DNA of 64,000 nt from assembly GCA_965204725.1 (NCBI GenBank), contig OZ242005.1:4672001-4736000 (forward strand). Reading direction: 5' to 3'. The position numbers were made by a program, and so were the translations under genes. This DNA comes from Candidatus Latescibacterota bacterium (GTDB lineage Bacteria > Latescibacterota > UBA2968 > UBA8231). A model generated the notes under the pieces. That model was not told the DNA's origin and did not search any database. It was given only the letters and a program-made list of their open reading frames with translations. Below, piece by piece: positions 1 to 10,599 of this stretch. The number at the start of each line of letters is the position of its first letter. Position 1 is the first letter of the stretch.

Positions 1-1496
1 GACGTTGGATAGAGCATCTCCTGCATCCCCGGCCCGCCCTTGGGCCCCTCGTAGCGGATTACTACCACGTCGCCATCGCGGACCTTGCCGCCGAGGATAC
101 CCTCGCATGCTTCGTCCTGCGACTCAAAGATCCGGGCCGTGCCCTCAAAGACCCAGATCGACTCATCGACGCCCGCGGTCTTCACGATGCAGCCATCCTC
201 AGCGATGTTGCCGAAAAGCACGGCCAGCCCGCCGTCTTGCGAATAAGCGTGCGCGACCGAGCGGATGCAGCCGGTTTGCTCGTCGGTGTCCGACTCGGGA
301 TAAAAGTTGTTTTGGGAGAAGGCGACCTTGGTCCGCACGTTCCCCGGGGCGGCCAATGCCCGCTGCTTGGCCGCCGCTTCCACCGCACCCGGCCCGCGAA
401 TGTCGTTTGCGGCGATTAGCTCGCCCAGCGACAGCCCGGCCACGGTGTTTGGCTCGGGGTGGATTTTGCCGGCGCGCAACAGCTCGCCGAGGATGCTCAT
501 AATGCCGCCGGCGCGTGCGACGTCCTCTAGGTGAAACTCCTGCGAGGCCGGTGCTACCTTGCAGATGCAGGGGACCTGCCGCGAGAGCCGGTCGATGTCG
601 GCCATGGTGAAATTGACTTCGGCCTCGCGGGCCATGGCCAACAGGTGCAGGACCGTGTTGGTGGAGCCGCCCATGGCAATGTCTAAGCTCATGGCGTTTT
701 CAAAGGCCGAGAAGGTTGCAATGCTGCGCGGCAGCACCGACGTGTTGCCCTCTAAGTAAAATGCCTTGGCCATTTCGACAATTCGCTTGCCGGCCGCGGC
801 AAAAAGCTCCCAGCGCAGTGCGTGCGTGGCGAGGACGGTGCCGTTGCCCGGCAGGGCTAGGCCGATGGCCTCGTTGAGGCAGTTCATGGAGTTGGCGGTG
901 AACATGCCCGAGCACGAGCCACAGGTCGGGCAGGCTTGTTCTTCCATCTTGGCGACGTCCTCGTCGCTCAAGTTGGGATCGGCCGCGGCGACCATGGAGT
1001 CGATCAAATCGAGCTTGGCGCTGCCTGTTGATAGCTCGGCCTTGCCGGCCTCCATCGGCCCCCCAGAGACGAAGATCGCCGGGATGTTGAGCCTGAGCGC
1101 GGCCAGCAACATGCCTGGGGTGATCTTGTCACAATTGGAGATGCAGACGAGGGCGTCGGCCTTGTGGGCCTGCACCATGTATTCGACGCTGTCGGCGATT
1201 AGCTCGCGGCTCGGCAGGGAGTAGAGCATCCCGTCGTGCCCCATGGCAATGCCGTCATCTACGGCAATGGTGTTAAACTCCACACCGTAGCCGCCGTGCT
1301 GGTCGATCACTTCCTTGACCTGCTGGCCAATGGGGTGCAAATGCACATGCCCGGGCACGAACTGAGTAAAGGAGTTGGCGATGGCGACGATGGGCTTTTG
1401 AAAGTCCTCGGTCTTCATGCCAGTGGCGCGCCACAGGGCACGCGCCCCGGCCATTCGCCGCCCCTGCGTGGTGGTACTGCTGCGAAATGATTGCAT
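1..1496 (-). CDS. ilvD: Dihydroxy-acid dehydratase (3' end runs off the window)
   Basis: Manual translation (absent from the ORF track because it is open at the edge): [26 protein letters not shown]...[14 protein letters not shown]...[13 protein letters not shown]...CDKITPG...[19 protein letters not shown]. Confidence 0.97.
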   Translation of the reverse strand, partial: MQSFRSSTTTQGRRMAGARALWRATGMKTEDFQKPIVAIANSFTQFVPGHVHLHPIGQQVKEVIDQHGGYGVEFNTIAVDDGIAMGHDGMLYSLPSRELIADSVEYMVQAHKADALVCISNCDKITPGMLLAALRLNIPAIFVSGGPMEAGKAELSTGSAKLDLIDSMVAAADPNLSDEDVAKMEEQACPTCGSCSGMFTANSMNCLNEAIGLALPGNGTVLATHALRWELFAAAGKRIVEMAKAFYLEGNTSVLPRSIATFSAFENAMSLDIAMGGSTNTVLHLLAMAREAEVNFTMADIDRLSRQVPCICKVAPASQEFHLEDVARAGGIMSILGELLRAGKIHPEPNTVAGLSLGELIAANDIRGPGAVEAAAKQRALAAPGNVRTKVAFSQNNFYPESDTDEQTGCIRSVAHAYSQDGGLAVLFGNIAEDGCIVKTAGVDESIWVFEGTARIFESQDEACEGILGGKVRDGDVVVIRYEGPKGGPGMQEMLYPT

Positions 1497-1575
1497 AAAA
1501 GCCCTTTCAGGAAGCTGCCGTCTGGCAGCGGGTTTTATAGTTAAGATGTGGTAAATCTGCGTTTTGCGCTTGCTC

Positions 1576-1648
1576 TGTCATGCTGAGCGAAGGCGAAGCA
1601 TCTGCTGCCTCCATTACTCTGTCATGCTGAGCGAAGCGAAGCATCTGC
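1576..1648 (+). repeat. Two direct copies of a REP-like element TGTCATGCTGAGCGAAG(G)CGAAGCATCTGC
   Basis: Copies at 1576-1605 and 1620-1648; same family as 38721-38805. Confidence 0.85.
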
Positions 1649-1650
1649 GT

Positions 1651-2505
1651 CTATCTGGCGAAATCAAATTCCAACACATCGCCCAAAGGCACGTAGCCGA
1701 TTTTCTCATAGATGCTGTTAGAGGTTGGATTGGATACGTCGGCAAATAGGCTGCAAAACGAATAGTGCTCTGAGAGCAGCTTCTGGGTCAACGACGCGAC
1801 GCATGAAGTGGCATATCCTTTGTTGCGCTGCTCGGGCGGCGTGTACACCGCGTTGATCGTCGTGCCGTTTGTCAGCGGGCGAGAGGCTTTGGCGATGGAG
1901 ACCGGCCCGTTGCAATCCCATACGTGTAGTTGCCCGTCGCCGATGGCCCGCTCGGCCTCTCTCGTCTTTTGGTCGCTATCGGCTGGCTCGCCCAACGCCT
2001 CTTGCGAAAAGGCGGCCATCCACTCCGCCATGAGCGGATAGTCGGCCATGCTGGCCAAGCGCAGCTCCCCCGCCGAAAGGGGGACAGCGGCCACCGTGCG
2101 CGCCTCAAATACGCGCATCCGCGCGGCCACCCTAGGCGATGCGCTAGGCACGGCCTCTGCCCAGCAAGCGGAAAAGGCGCGCGCTTGGGACGCCGGCCCG
2201 ACGACGCCGGGGATGAGCGCGTCCGTTTTAAGCAGGTAGCGCACGAGATGAGCCATAATCCCATGTGCAACAAACGTGCTCAGGACGAGTCGCCGCGGCG
2301 GCGTCATTACGGCCACGCCGACCACTTCCCCTTGCTCCAAGACACTCAATAGCAGCGGTGGCTCAGGACCATAGCGCAGGGGGTCTTTGGCGAGCGCGTA
2401 CGCGAGGCCGAGCGGCAAGTTGTTTTCGCTCTCCCGCGCTTCGAGGCAAGCACCTGAAAGCGCAATCAACTCGCTGGCGCTGGCGTGATGTATTATTTCG
2501 GGCAT
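1651..2505 (-). CDS. GNAT family N-acetyltransferase
   Basis: C-terminal VYTPPEQRNKGYA acetyl-CoA motif and NPTSNSIYEKIGY. Confidence 0.9.
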   Translation of the reverse strand: MPEIIHHASASELIALSGACLEARESENNLPLGLAYALAKDPLRYGPEPPLLLSVLEQGEVVGVAVMTPPRRLVLSTFVAHGIMAHLVRYLLKTDALIPGVVGPASQARAFSACWAEAVPSASPRVAARMRVFEARTVAAVPLSAGELRLASMADYPLMAEWMAAFSQEALGEPADSDQKTREAERAIGDGQLHVWDCNGPVSIAKASRPLTNGTTINAVYTPPEQRNKGYATSCVASLTQKLLSEHYSFCSLFADVSNPTSNSIYEKIGYVPLGDVLEFDFAR

Positions 2506-4601
2506 TAAAAGGCCTGACCAATAGAAAAGTAAAACCGCACTCGCGGCCCCTCGTCCAAGTCGTCGTTGAGGGAGCCATCGTTAAAGGCTATGTCGAGCCG
2601 GAGGGGAAAACCCAAGACGTAGCGCACCCCCACCCCATAGCCATCTACCATGGGCCGCAAGGCCGCCTCGCTGGGCCGACGCCAGACCTGCGCCCGATCC
2701 CAAAAGCCAACGAGGCCGAAACTGTTCCGCTGATAGCGCAATTCCCCGCGCATATTCAGGCCGAGGCGTCCGCCGCCCGTCGCCTGTATAGCATCGTATT
2801 CGACTCCACGCACCGATCCCTCGCCTCCGTACGCCTTCCAGTACTTCTGCGGCAGGGCGCGTCCTCGACGCAGCGAACCCGTCCGCGTCCCTTGCAGGGC
2901 TAGGGCCAACACGAGCTGGCGCGAGAGTGGCTGGTAATATATAAGCTCGGCCTCGCCGTCAATCACATAGGTCTGGTGCCGACCCAGAATGAACGAATAG
3001 GCGTACAGTCCGGTCAACCGCAAAAACGCGCCGCGGGTGGGGGCAAAGGGGTCATCGCGCGAGTCGCGCAAAAACTCGGTCCGCAAATTGACCGAGCGCT
3101 CGCGTTCCGTCAGAATCTGGAGCCAATCCGCGGTCACGGGGATTTTGCCGTCGCTGTAGTCTATGATCTCGTCTTGGGCGAGGGAACGGCCTTTGCCAGA
3201 GAAGTCGAAGTCGTCGTCGCCGAACAGGTCTTCCGCATCGGTCGGCTCATCGCTGCCGCTTTCTCCCCCTTCGGCGGGATTGGGCGCGTAGGCTATGCGC
3301 TTGCTCGGATCGGGCTGGATACGCGAGTCTTCCCCGCTAAGAGAGACTTGGGCTTGATAAATCTCGCGCCAGCCTTTGGTGAGCGTTGCTTCGGCTTTCC
3401 ACAAGTGCTCAATCGAGCGGTATTTGAAGGTGGCCGTGTTGATGTACTCCCGCGCATCTACTTCCCCAGAGAACAACAAAAGGCCGTTGAGTATTGAGTC
3501 GTTGGCCGTCAAAAGCGCGAATTGCCGCTGGTCGTCTGGGTCGCCAGACCGCCTCGTGTTGTCTTCCCATTCGTCGGTGACCCCGGTCGATAGCACTAGG
3601 TCGGCCCCCGTGCCTAGCAAGTTGCGCTCGGTAAAGGACGCGGTGATGCCCTGCTCCGGCTGCCCCCAACTGGCGTCGAGGCTTAGCCGAGCGCCGCGGC
3701 CCAGCCAGTTGTTGTGTTGCACGAGCCCTTCCACGCGCGGCCTCGTGTTGCTGAACAAGGCGTTGGCACTCAGGGCGATGCGCTTTTTTTCGCTCAGGCG
3801 CACCACGATGGGCTGCAAGCTATCGCCCGTCTCGGGCGTGAGCAAAAAAACCGAGCGGAACAGGCCGGTCCGCGCCAGTTGCTCGCGGCTTTTGGCGAGC
3901 TGCTCGGGATCGTACACGTCCCCCGGCTCAAAGTGCATGTAGCGCTCGATTAGCTCCTTGCGCGTGTATAGCTGGTCGAGGTTTTCGACCTCGACGGCGC
4001 CGAAGTACATCTTGCGCCCGGGATCAATGCGGAAAACGACCTCGGTGCTGCGGCTGGCGCGGTCGTCCCCTACCCACTCGTTGCGCACGGCGGCGTGAGG
4101 ATAGCCGCGCTGATTGAGGAAGCCTTGGAGTTGGCGCTCGCCTTCGAGCACCTTGCCGTAGTCAAGGGGGGCACCAGCGCGCAAGCTGACCTGAGTACGC
4201 AGGGTGTCGGCCGCAAAGGGCGCGCCTCCTACGAGCGTTAGACGACGCACCGTCCACAGCGCGCCGCTGTCGATTTCAATGTGAATGTTTACCCGGTCTT
4301 TGGCGTCCAAGCGCAGGTACTTGCGGACGATCTCGGCGTCGCGGTAGCCTTTGCTGCGGTAGAGGTTGACGAGTTGGCTCAGGTCGTTTTTGAAGAAGCG
4401 GCGGTGGAAACGCTTGCCTTCTTGGGTCTGCATGGCCGCGCGCAAGGTCTCGCCTTTGATGCGCTTTTCGCCGCGGTGAACGAAGCGTATCTGGGCCACC
4501 TTGTGGCCATCGGCTTGGCGGGCCGCTGTTTCGCGCAACTCCCCTTGGGCCGAGACAGCCTCGGCGAGGGCCAGACAGAGCGCGGCGGCGAACAAGCTCA
4601 T
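2505..4601 (-). CDS. tamA: Omp85/TamA-like outer membrane protein with POTRA domains
   Basis: Signal peptide, POTRA repeats (YRSKGY, LNQRGYP, LARTGLF), GGEGSVRG lid motif, C-terminal FYFSIGQAF; coupled to tamB. Confidence 0.85.
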   Translation of the reverse strand: MSLFAAALCLALAEAVSAQGELRETAARQADGHKVAQIRFVHRGEKRIKGETLRAAMQTQEGKRFHRRFFKNDLSQLVNLYRSKGYRDAEIVRKYLRLDAKDRVNIHIEIDSGALWTVRRLTLVGGAPFAADTLRTQVSLRAGAPLDYGKVLEGERQLQGFLNQRGYPHAAVRNEWVGDDRASRSTEVVFRIDPGRKMYFGAVEVENLDQLYTRKELIERYMHFEPGDVYDPEQLAKSREQLARTGLFRSVFLLTPETGDSLQPIVVRLSEKKRIALSANALFSNTRPRVEGLVQHNNWLGRGARLSLDASWGQPEQGITASFTERNLLGTGADLVLSTGVTDEWEDNTRRSGDPDDQRQFALLTANDSILNGLLLFSGEVDAREYINTATFKYRSIEHLWKAEATLTKGWREIYQAQVSLSGEDSRIQPDPSKRIAYAPNPAEGGESGSDEPTDAEDLFGDDDFDFSGKGRSLAQDEIIDYSDGKIPVTADWLQILTERERSVNLRTEFLRDSRDDPFAPTRGAFLRLTGLYAYSFILGRHQTYVIDGEAELIYYQPLSRQLVLALALQGTRTGSLRRGRALPQKYWKAYGGEGSVRGVEYDAIQATGGGRLGLNMRGELRYQRNSFGLVGFWDRAQVWRRPSEAALRPMVDGYGVGVRYVLGFPLRLDIAFNDGSLNDDLDEGPRVRFYFSIGQAF

Positions 4602-7600
4602 CGGAACTCTCGCTTGAGGCCGATGCCCAGCCCATAGCTTTCGTACTTGCTTTGGGCCGAGCCGACGATGGTCAGAAAGGACTTGATTTTGTGCTCGATC
4701 TGCACCTCGCCCGCCGCCATGTCTTTTAGTAGGGCCTCGTAGCGCACCCAGAGCGGCAGAGGCAACCCGCCGAGGTACTTGCCGGCGCGGAGGACGGGAG
4801 CCCCAGGCGAAGCACCGGCAATCGCGCTCGACGGCAGAACCGTGAATTCGTTAAGCCCCACCTTTTCGACTTGCTTGCTCAAAAGCTGGCCAGCGGCCGT
4901 GCCAAAGGCCACGGCCGCTGTATTAAAGGACGCGATGGTGTCGGGGTTGGCCATGTTAAAGGCCAGCAGGTTGACGATGCTTGGAAGGTCCAGCGGGTCC
5001 ACATCTGAATCCTCCGAGTTTGCAGAAAACTCCGGCACGATTTTCTGCGTCGGCCCTCGCAGCGTCAAAATCACGTCGTATTTCGCGCCGGTCTGAATGT
5101 CTTCGATGCCCTCGATCGCGGCCTGCACGTCGAGGGTGGGGTTCAGTTCGAGGGGGTCGTACATCACGTCGAGGATGGACTTAGTCGGCGCGAGGCGGTT
5201 TAAGACGACGCGCCCTCGGGTGATGGCAAACGGCTGGTTGAGTACGAAGACCTTCCCTTCGTCTATGGTGATGTCGCCTTGGAAGAGCGGCTTGTAGAAG
5301 GTGCCGCCGACCTCGACCGCACCGGACGCTTCGACCTCGGCTAGCTCGCTGTCGAGGGCGAGGCCGCGGAGATCGACCTCGACCGCGAGGGCCATGTTCT
5401 CCAAGAACTCGTTGCGCAAGGCCGGCGGTGGCGGTGGCGTGGGAAGCGTGAGAGCCACGAGGCTCGCCTCAGACTGCGGCCGGTCAATGCGGATGCGCCC
5501 CGCCAACTCGGATGCGCGAATCGAGCCGGCGAAAGATAGGTCCAAGTCGATGTCATCCGCCTCAAAGGACTGGGCGACGGCCTCGTAGTAGGAGGTCATC
5601 CGCTCGGCTTGGAGCCGCAAGTCAAAGCTAGGGTCGTCGAGCCGCGCTAGGTTGAGCCGCCCGGCGAGCGACGCGCTGCGAAACCCCCGCTTAGGCTCGT
5701 TCTCAACGGCGAAACCCACCAATTCGACCTTCCGGCCCTTGAATTGCAACTGCCCGTCGGGCAGGGCGTACATCGGCTCGAGATCGAGCAGGGCAAATTC
5801 GAGGTCCGCGACCCCTATTTGGCCCTGTAATGACAGCGTTGAGTCCAGCCCGTCGGCCCGGAGGTCCGCGCTAACCCGGCCGTCGAGATGGTCCAGTTCG
5901 GCGATTAGATCGCCGAGGAAGAGGAGGCCGATGCCGTTGGAACGCGCCGCTAGCCAGCCCTCGTCTAAGGAGAGCGCGCCGGCCGGCAAATCCCAAGGCA
6001 CGCGACCGGTCACGATGAGGCTGTCGTCGAGCGAGGTCGTCCAGTTCAAGTGCCAATCGCCGCCGCCCCGATCGCCGACGAGCCGGCCGCGCAGCACCCC
6101 TAAGTCCTCGGTTGCCGCGTCCAGATCGACGGCGAGCTGGGGGGCGGATGCCGTACCGCTGACTTCGGCGCTGAGCTGGACCAGCCCCTTGGGGCCGCCG
6201 AAGAAAGCCAAGTCTGCGTCTTTAAGGGCCAACTCAATCTGCGAGTGCTCGGTGTCCGCCAGTTGGCCCGCCAGTCGCAAGGTGCCGGCTGGCTGGAGGG
6301 CGCGGTCGTCGCGGTCGTAACGCCACAAGCCAATCGCGACCGAGTCCAGCAGCACGCGGCCCTCCCCGAGCGCGAATCGCCCGCCGGACAAAAGGCCCAG
6401 CCGCAGCGAGTCGGCCGCTTGCGACTGGAGGGCCAAGCCGCGCACGTCGATATGCCCGGCCAAGTCCTGCCAGCGCGGCATGGCCCCCTCCAAGGCCGCT
6501 TCTAAGCGCCCTTCGAGATCGAGCCGCCCGTGCAGCGGGCGTCCCAAAGCATAACTGAGCACCGGCCCCAAGTCGGCCTCGACCGCCTCGATTGCGAGCT
6601 GGGCAGCGGCTTCCCCCGGCCCGAAGAGCGGGGCGGCTCGGCAGGTGAGCGCGAGGCGGACGCCGGCATCGGCGGTCAACTCGGCCCGGAGCGAATCCGC
6701 CAGCGCGAGGCGCAACTGAACATTGCCGAGGGCAAAGGTGTCGAGGCGCGTCTCCGCCAGCGTCACCACCCCCTGCGCCTCCGGTCTGGCCAGCGTCCCG
6801 CCAACTCGCAGATGCCCTGCGCCTGTCGCGCTGAGGTCGGGCACGAGGTTCGCCAGCGCAAGGCCCGGCAGGTCCACGGCAAACGCGAGCGAATCCCGCC
6901 CGATCTGACCGGAAAGGCCCACTAGGCCGACCGGCGTTTGCAAGTGTACCGCGGCGAGGTCCAAGCGTCCGTCTCCATAGTCGGCTCGGAGCGGACCGTA
7001 GCTCTGCAATGCCCATGCCCCCTGCCGCAGCAAGAGCGAGTCGAGCGCGAGGCTCCCTTGGGCCGCGTACAGGCTGTCCAACGGCCCTTCCCACCGCAAA
7101 GTACCGCTCAATGCGGTCACTGCCCCATCTGCTCCCCGCAACAAGGTGTCGGCGAAATCCGCTTGGGCCATTAAGTGCCCGGCCGCGTCTAGCTCCGCCA
7201 GTACGCTCACGCCCGACCCTCGGCCAGCGACCCGCGCCGCGCCTTGGTCCCAGCCCATGTCCAGCGCGAGTTCGCCGGTCTGCCACCCCGCGTACGCCAG
7301 CGGCGTAGTCGCGCTACGCCCGGCCAGCCGCAGCCCGTTGAGCGACAGCCCGCCTCCCCCGCGCAAATTCGCGTCGAGCTGTCCGCTCAACCCGGGCATG
7401 ACCCGCTCCAGCACCAGCCCGTTCACGGCGGCCGTCAGCGTATCGATCTCCTCGGTCGCTAGGTCGATGTCCGCCCGCGCCACCAAGAGATCGCGCTCTA
7501 AGCGCAGCGCGGTCGTGAGATAGCGGTTGGCAAACAGGTGTAGATCGGCCGAGAGCGGCCCGAACCCTTTGCCCAATTTGCCGGGGAGACGGCTGGTCGT

Positions 7601-8869
7601 TAGCTGCACCGCCAGCGTATCGGGCTTAGCCTGCCCGGCGATAGCTACGGGTGCTGCATCGCGCAAAAAGAACGCCGCCTGCACCGCGCCCTTGAGCGCG
7701 AGGTCGTAGTCCGCTAAGCTCGCAGAGCCGGTGGCCGTAAGCCCCAGCAAGGGCGATTGCAGGTTGAGATGAGTCGCCCCATCGGGCCGGTGCCAAGCCG
7801 TTATCTCGGCGTCGAACCGCCGATCGGGAAAAAAATCCACATCGCGCAGGCGGGCGGCAAAGTCCGCTGCATAGCGCTGGTGCTGCGTATTCACCCCAGC
7901 CGCGAGATCGAATTCCGCCCGTCCCGCCAAGGGCAAGTGGCCCACGAGTCCTAGGTCAAATCCCTCGCCGTGCAGATCGGTCTGCAAGCTGTCGCGGCCG
8001 GAAAAGTAAGTCGCCCCGCCCGTCAGGGTGCCGTCAAACAAAGAGACGAGTAGAGAGTCCAAGACGAAGCGCGTACTATCGGCCTGTACGCGCCCGCGGA
8101 GATCCACCGCGGAGACCGCCGGTGCGCTACCCTTGCCGCTAAGCGTCCCGCGCAGTTGCAGCGGCACCAACGCCCCGCCTATGTCCGCTGCTAGGGAACC
8201 CCGCGTGGAATCGGCCTCTACCGTCGCCTCGGCGGCCACCTGTAAAGGCCGCGGCAGTTTCAGCCCCAAGGTAAACGAGGCTTGCAAAGCGGCCCTTAGA
8301 CTGTCGCTAAGGCCCACGGCCTGTAGCTCGCCGCGGTCAATGCGGTGCGGACTGAGTTCGAGATCGAGCGTTAGCGAGCGCAACGGCACTCCTTGCCATT
8401 CGGACAAGGCCAGTTCTAGGTGCGCCGAGGTGTCGGCTACCGAGCGATACGCACCGCGCCAGTCCCGCGCCACGATCCGCGTTTCGCCCAACTGCCAATC
8501 GAGCACCCCGGCGGTCGCGCTGAGGTTGGGGAGGAAGGCGAGGGGCAACTCGATATCCGCCGCGGTCGCCGCCTTCGCCGCGGTGCTTGGCTCAATCCGC
8601 ACCGTGGGTGCCCGCATTTCGACGGCCCAAGACCACGGTCGCACGGCGAGATGCTCGACATCAACAGCCACCCCCAGCGCGGGGTTTTGGCACTGTACGT
8701 CGGAAAAGAAAAACCCGTAGAGCAAGCCCCCCCCGCGACCGCCGACGGCGACCTGCCACCCCCCAACTCCGCGCTCTAGCAGGTGCGCGAGCGTGGCCGG
8801 TCCTAACGGCGTGAACGCGACGAGGCCGAGGACCAAAACGGTCGCGGCCCCGAACAGCTTCTTTTTCAT
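4598..8869 (-). CDS. tamB: Translocation/assembly module TamB-like protein
   Basis: 1423 aa with an N-terminal anchor, long beta-rich body and DUF490-like C-terminus; directly upstream of the Omp85 gene. Confidence 0.85.
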   Translation of the reverse strand: MKKKLFGAATVLVLGLVAFTPLGPATLAHLLERGVGGWQVAVGGRGGGLLYGFFFSDVQCQNPALGVAVDVEHLAVRPWSWAVEMRAPTVRIEPSTAAKAATAADIELPLAFLPNLSATAGVLDWQLGETRIVARDWRGAYRSVADTSAHLELALSEWQGVPLRSLTLDLELSPHRIDRGELQAVGLSDSLRAALQASFTLGLKLPRPLQVAAEATVEADSTRGSLAADIGGALVPLQLRGTLSGKGSAPAVSAVDLRGRVQADSTRFVLDSLLVSLFDGTLTGGATYFSGRDSLQTDLHGEGFDLGLVGHLPLAGRAEFDLAAGVNTQHQRYAADFAARLRDVDFFPDRRFDAEITAWHRPDGATHLNLQSPLLGLTATGSASLADYDLALKGAVQAAFFLRDAAPVAIAGQAKPDTLAVQLTTSRLPGKLGKGFGPLSADLHLFANRYLTTALRLERDLLVARADIDLATEEIDTLTAAVNGLVLERVMPGLSGQLDANLRGGGGLSLNGLRLAGRSATTPLAYAGWQTGELALDMGWDQGAARVAGRGSGVSVLAELDAAGHLMAQADFADTLLRGADGAVTALSGTLRWEGPLDSLYAAQGSLALDSLLLRQGAWALQSYGPLRADYGDGRLDLAAVHLQTPVGLVGLSGQIGRDSLAFAVDLPGLALANLVPDLSATGAGHLRVGGTLARPEAQGVVTLAETRLDTFALGNVQLRLALADSLRAELTADAGVRLALTCRAAPLFGPGEAAAQLAIEAVEADLGPVLSYALGRPLHGRLDLEGRLEAALEGAMPRWQDLAGHIDVRGLALQSQAADSLRLGLLSGGRFALGEGRVLLDSVAIGLWRYDRDDRALQPAGTLRLAGQLADTEHSQIELALKDADLAFFGGPKGLVQLSAEVSGTASAPQLAVDLDAATEDLGVLRGRLVGDRGGGDWHLNWTTSLDDSLIVTGRVPWDLPAGALSLDEGWLAARSNGIGLLFLGDLIAELDHLDGRVSADLRADGLDSTLSLQGQIGVADLEFALLDLEPMYALPDGQLQFKGRKVELVGFAVENEPKRGFRSASLAGRLNLARLDDPSFDLRLQAERMTSYYEAVAQSFEADDIDLDLSFAGSIRASELAGRIRIDRPQSEASLVALTLPTPPPPPALRNEFLENMALAVEVDLRGLALDSELAEVEASGAVEVGGTFYKPLFQGDITIDEGKVFVLNQPFAITRGRVVLNRLAPTKSILDVMYDPLELNPTLDVQAAIEGIEDIQTGAKYDVILTLRGPTQKIVPEFSANSEDSDVDPLDLPSIVNLLAFNMANPDTIASFNTAAVAFGTAAGQLLSKQVEKVGLNEFTVLPSSAIAGASPGAPVLRAGKYLGGLPLPLWVRYEALLKDMAAGEVQIEHKIKSFLTIVGSAQSKYESYGLGIGLKREFR

Positions 8870-9696
8870 TTGGATTTGAGGCGGGTCAGGGCCTTGGACA
8901 CGTGGAAGAGCGAGTCGGGCAACGGCGCGTGCGCCATGGTCTTGATCGTGCGCTCCAAGCGGAACACTTGGCTGGTCTTGTCCTTTCCGGGGAGCTTGAC
9001 GGCGGCCGTCAGGGTTGAGCGCAACGCGAAGCCTTTGAGTTCCTCGGCGTTTTCTAGCTGGTCGCTCAGGGCCTTGTGGTCTTCTAGCCCTTCCAGCCCG
9101 CCGCCGATTAGCGACGGATAGGACGTGCGAGCGTCCTGCAAGGCCGCAAAGGCCGAGATCTCCTGAGAGCCGGGGAATTGCTTGGCAATACAGGCATCGT
9201 ACGTGTAGCGGTTTTCGCGGCGGAGCTTTTGGGTTTTGGGTTCGAGGTAGCGGGCGCGCATCTGGGCGACGACCCGCTGGCAGGAAATTCCAGCGATGCG
9301 CAGGGTGTCTCCCGGCACCTTGACCGCAAGGGCCACCTGTGGTCCGCTTGGGGCGGCTTCCGGCTTGGCAGCGGCCTTGCGCGCCGGCGGGGCTTTCTGC
9401 TGGACAAAGGTCTGGGCCGTCAAGTCAATTTCGTACACTTGCACTTGGTCCAGCCGCAAAATGGTGCATGTGTTGAGAGGCTGGCCCTGCTGCCGGAGGA
9501 CCTTTGCCGTTTTCGCATCGGCCTCAATCCGCTGCTCGACCCGCTGGCTCGTGCCCTTGATGTAAATTTTGTTGGTCGTCTTGCGCGCTCCAGCTTTGTC
9601 TTTGCCAAAGCCGCGATTGACGACCTCTTCCTCAAAGTACACATCGGCCCCCGCGCTCGCGGCCCCGGCAAGCAATGCACATAACAGCAAGATCAT
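8866..9696 (-). CDS. Secreted hypothetical protein (DUF4412-like)
   Basis: Start refined to ATG 9696 (MILLLCALLAGAASAGA signal peptide); GDTLRIAGISC and PLPDSLF motifs; ATGA overlap with tamB. Confidence 0.65.
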   Translation of the reverse strand: MILLLCALLAGAASAGADVYFEEEVVNRGFGKDKAGARKTTNKIYIKGTSQRVEQRIEADAKTAKVLRQQGQPLNTCTILRLDQVQVYEIDLTAQTFVQQKAPPARKAAAKPEAAPSGPQVALAVKVPGDTLRIAGISCQRVVAQMRARYLEPKTQKLRRENRYTYDACIAKQFPGSQEISAFAALQDARTSYPSLIGGGLEGLEDHKALSDQLENAEELKGFALRSTLTAAVKLPGKDKTSQVFRLERTIKTMAHAPLPDSLFHVSKALTRLKSK

Positions 9697-9761
9697 GCTC
9701 GCACTCTCCTGTGATGAGGTGGAACGATAATATAGCGAAACGCGGTGGGTAGCCCATAAGC

Positions 9762-9793
9762 AAAAGGCCCCTACCCGCAAGGGCGAGGGGCCT
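9762..9793 (-). terminator. Intrinsic terminator downstream of the zinc metallopeptidase gene
   Basis: Minus strand AGGCCCCT-cgcccttgcgggt-AGGGGCCT followed by TTT. Confidence 0.65.
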
Positions 9794-9816
9794 CCAAGCA
9801 CTTGCCGCGCCTGCTA

Positions 9817-10491
9817 TTACTCGTCTGAGCCGCGCATGAGCAACATGGACGCTAGCTGTAGCACGGCGGTGGCTGCTGTTGCTACGTAGGTCATGGCTGC
9901 TGCGTTGAGCACCTTCCGGGCCGAGCGCACCTCGTCGCTGGCTAGGTAGCCCTGCGAGAGGAGCGCCATGGCCCGCGAACTGGCATTGAACTCTACCGGC
10001 AGGGTGACGATTTGGAAGAGCACTGCGCCGGCGAAGAACAAGATGCCGATATTCATCAGGCCGGCGGCCCCGAAGAACATCCCCGCCATAATCAAAGGAA
10101 AGCCCAGCGTTGATCCCAAGTTGGCGACGGGCAGGATCGCGTGTCGCAGATTGAGCGGCACATAGCCGTGGGCGTGTTGGATCGCGTGACCGACCTCGTG
10201 CGCGGCCACGGCCAAGCCGGCTAGGTGATTCCCGTGGAAGTTGTCCGAAGAGAGGCGCACGGCTTTGGCGCGGGGGTCGTAGTGATCGGAAAGCATCCCG
10301 CCGGTCTCCTCAACCGACACGTCGTATATGCGTTGCTGTTGCAGGATGCGCCGCGCGGTCTCAGCACCCCAAAGGCGCGAGGCCGAAGCCACTTGGCTGT
10401 ACTTTTTGAAGGCACTGCGGACCCGCATCTGGGCCCAGCCGACTAAGAGGATCGGCAGAATGAAAAACGGACTAAAAAGAAACGATAACAT
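9817..10491 (-). CDS. YugP-type membrane neutral zinc metallopeptidase
   Basis: LSDHYDP, AAHEVGHAIQH (HExxH), TLPVEFNASSRA, AAAMTYV. Confidence 0.93.
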   Translation of the reverse strand: MLSFLFSPFFILPILLVGWAQMRVRSAFKKYSQVASASRLWGAETARRILQQQRIYDVSVEETGGMLSDHYDPRAKAVRLSSDNFHGNHLAGLAVAAHEVGHAIQHAHGYVPLNLRHAILPVANLGSTLGFPLIMAGMFFGAAGLMNIGILFFAGAVLFQIVTLPVEFNASSRAMALLSQGYLASDEVRSARKVLNAAAMTYVATAATAVLQLASMLLMRGSDE

Positions 10492-10599
10492 CGCATCATC
10501 TCCTCACTATGCGAAGGGCTTTTAGTTGGGACGCGCAAGGGACGCCCTGAGTTTCTCAGCGAGAATAACGAAAGCACTCGACCATCGCAAGAAAAGGAC

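Noticed and set aside
5-1490. Plus-strand ORFs in the track over 1-1490
   Set aside because: Antisense shadows of ilvD, which the track missed because it is open at the window edge.
1564-1749. 61-aa [16 protein letters not shown]..., and the similar 38530-38751 and 38703-38954 ORFs
   Set aside because: Translations of the REP-like repeat (CHAERSEAS / VMLSEAKHL), not credible genes.
6234-7286. Long Arg/Gly/Pro-rich alternative-frame ORFs (also 22059-23063, 35484-36584, 54411-55463)
   Set aside because: Off-frame or antisense ORFs expected in GC-rich DNA, overlapping well-supported genes.
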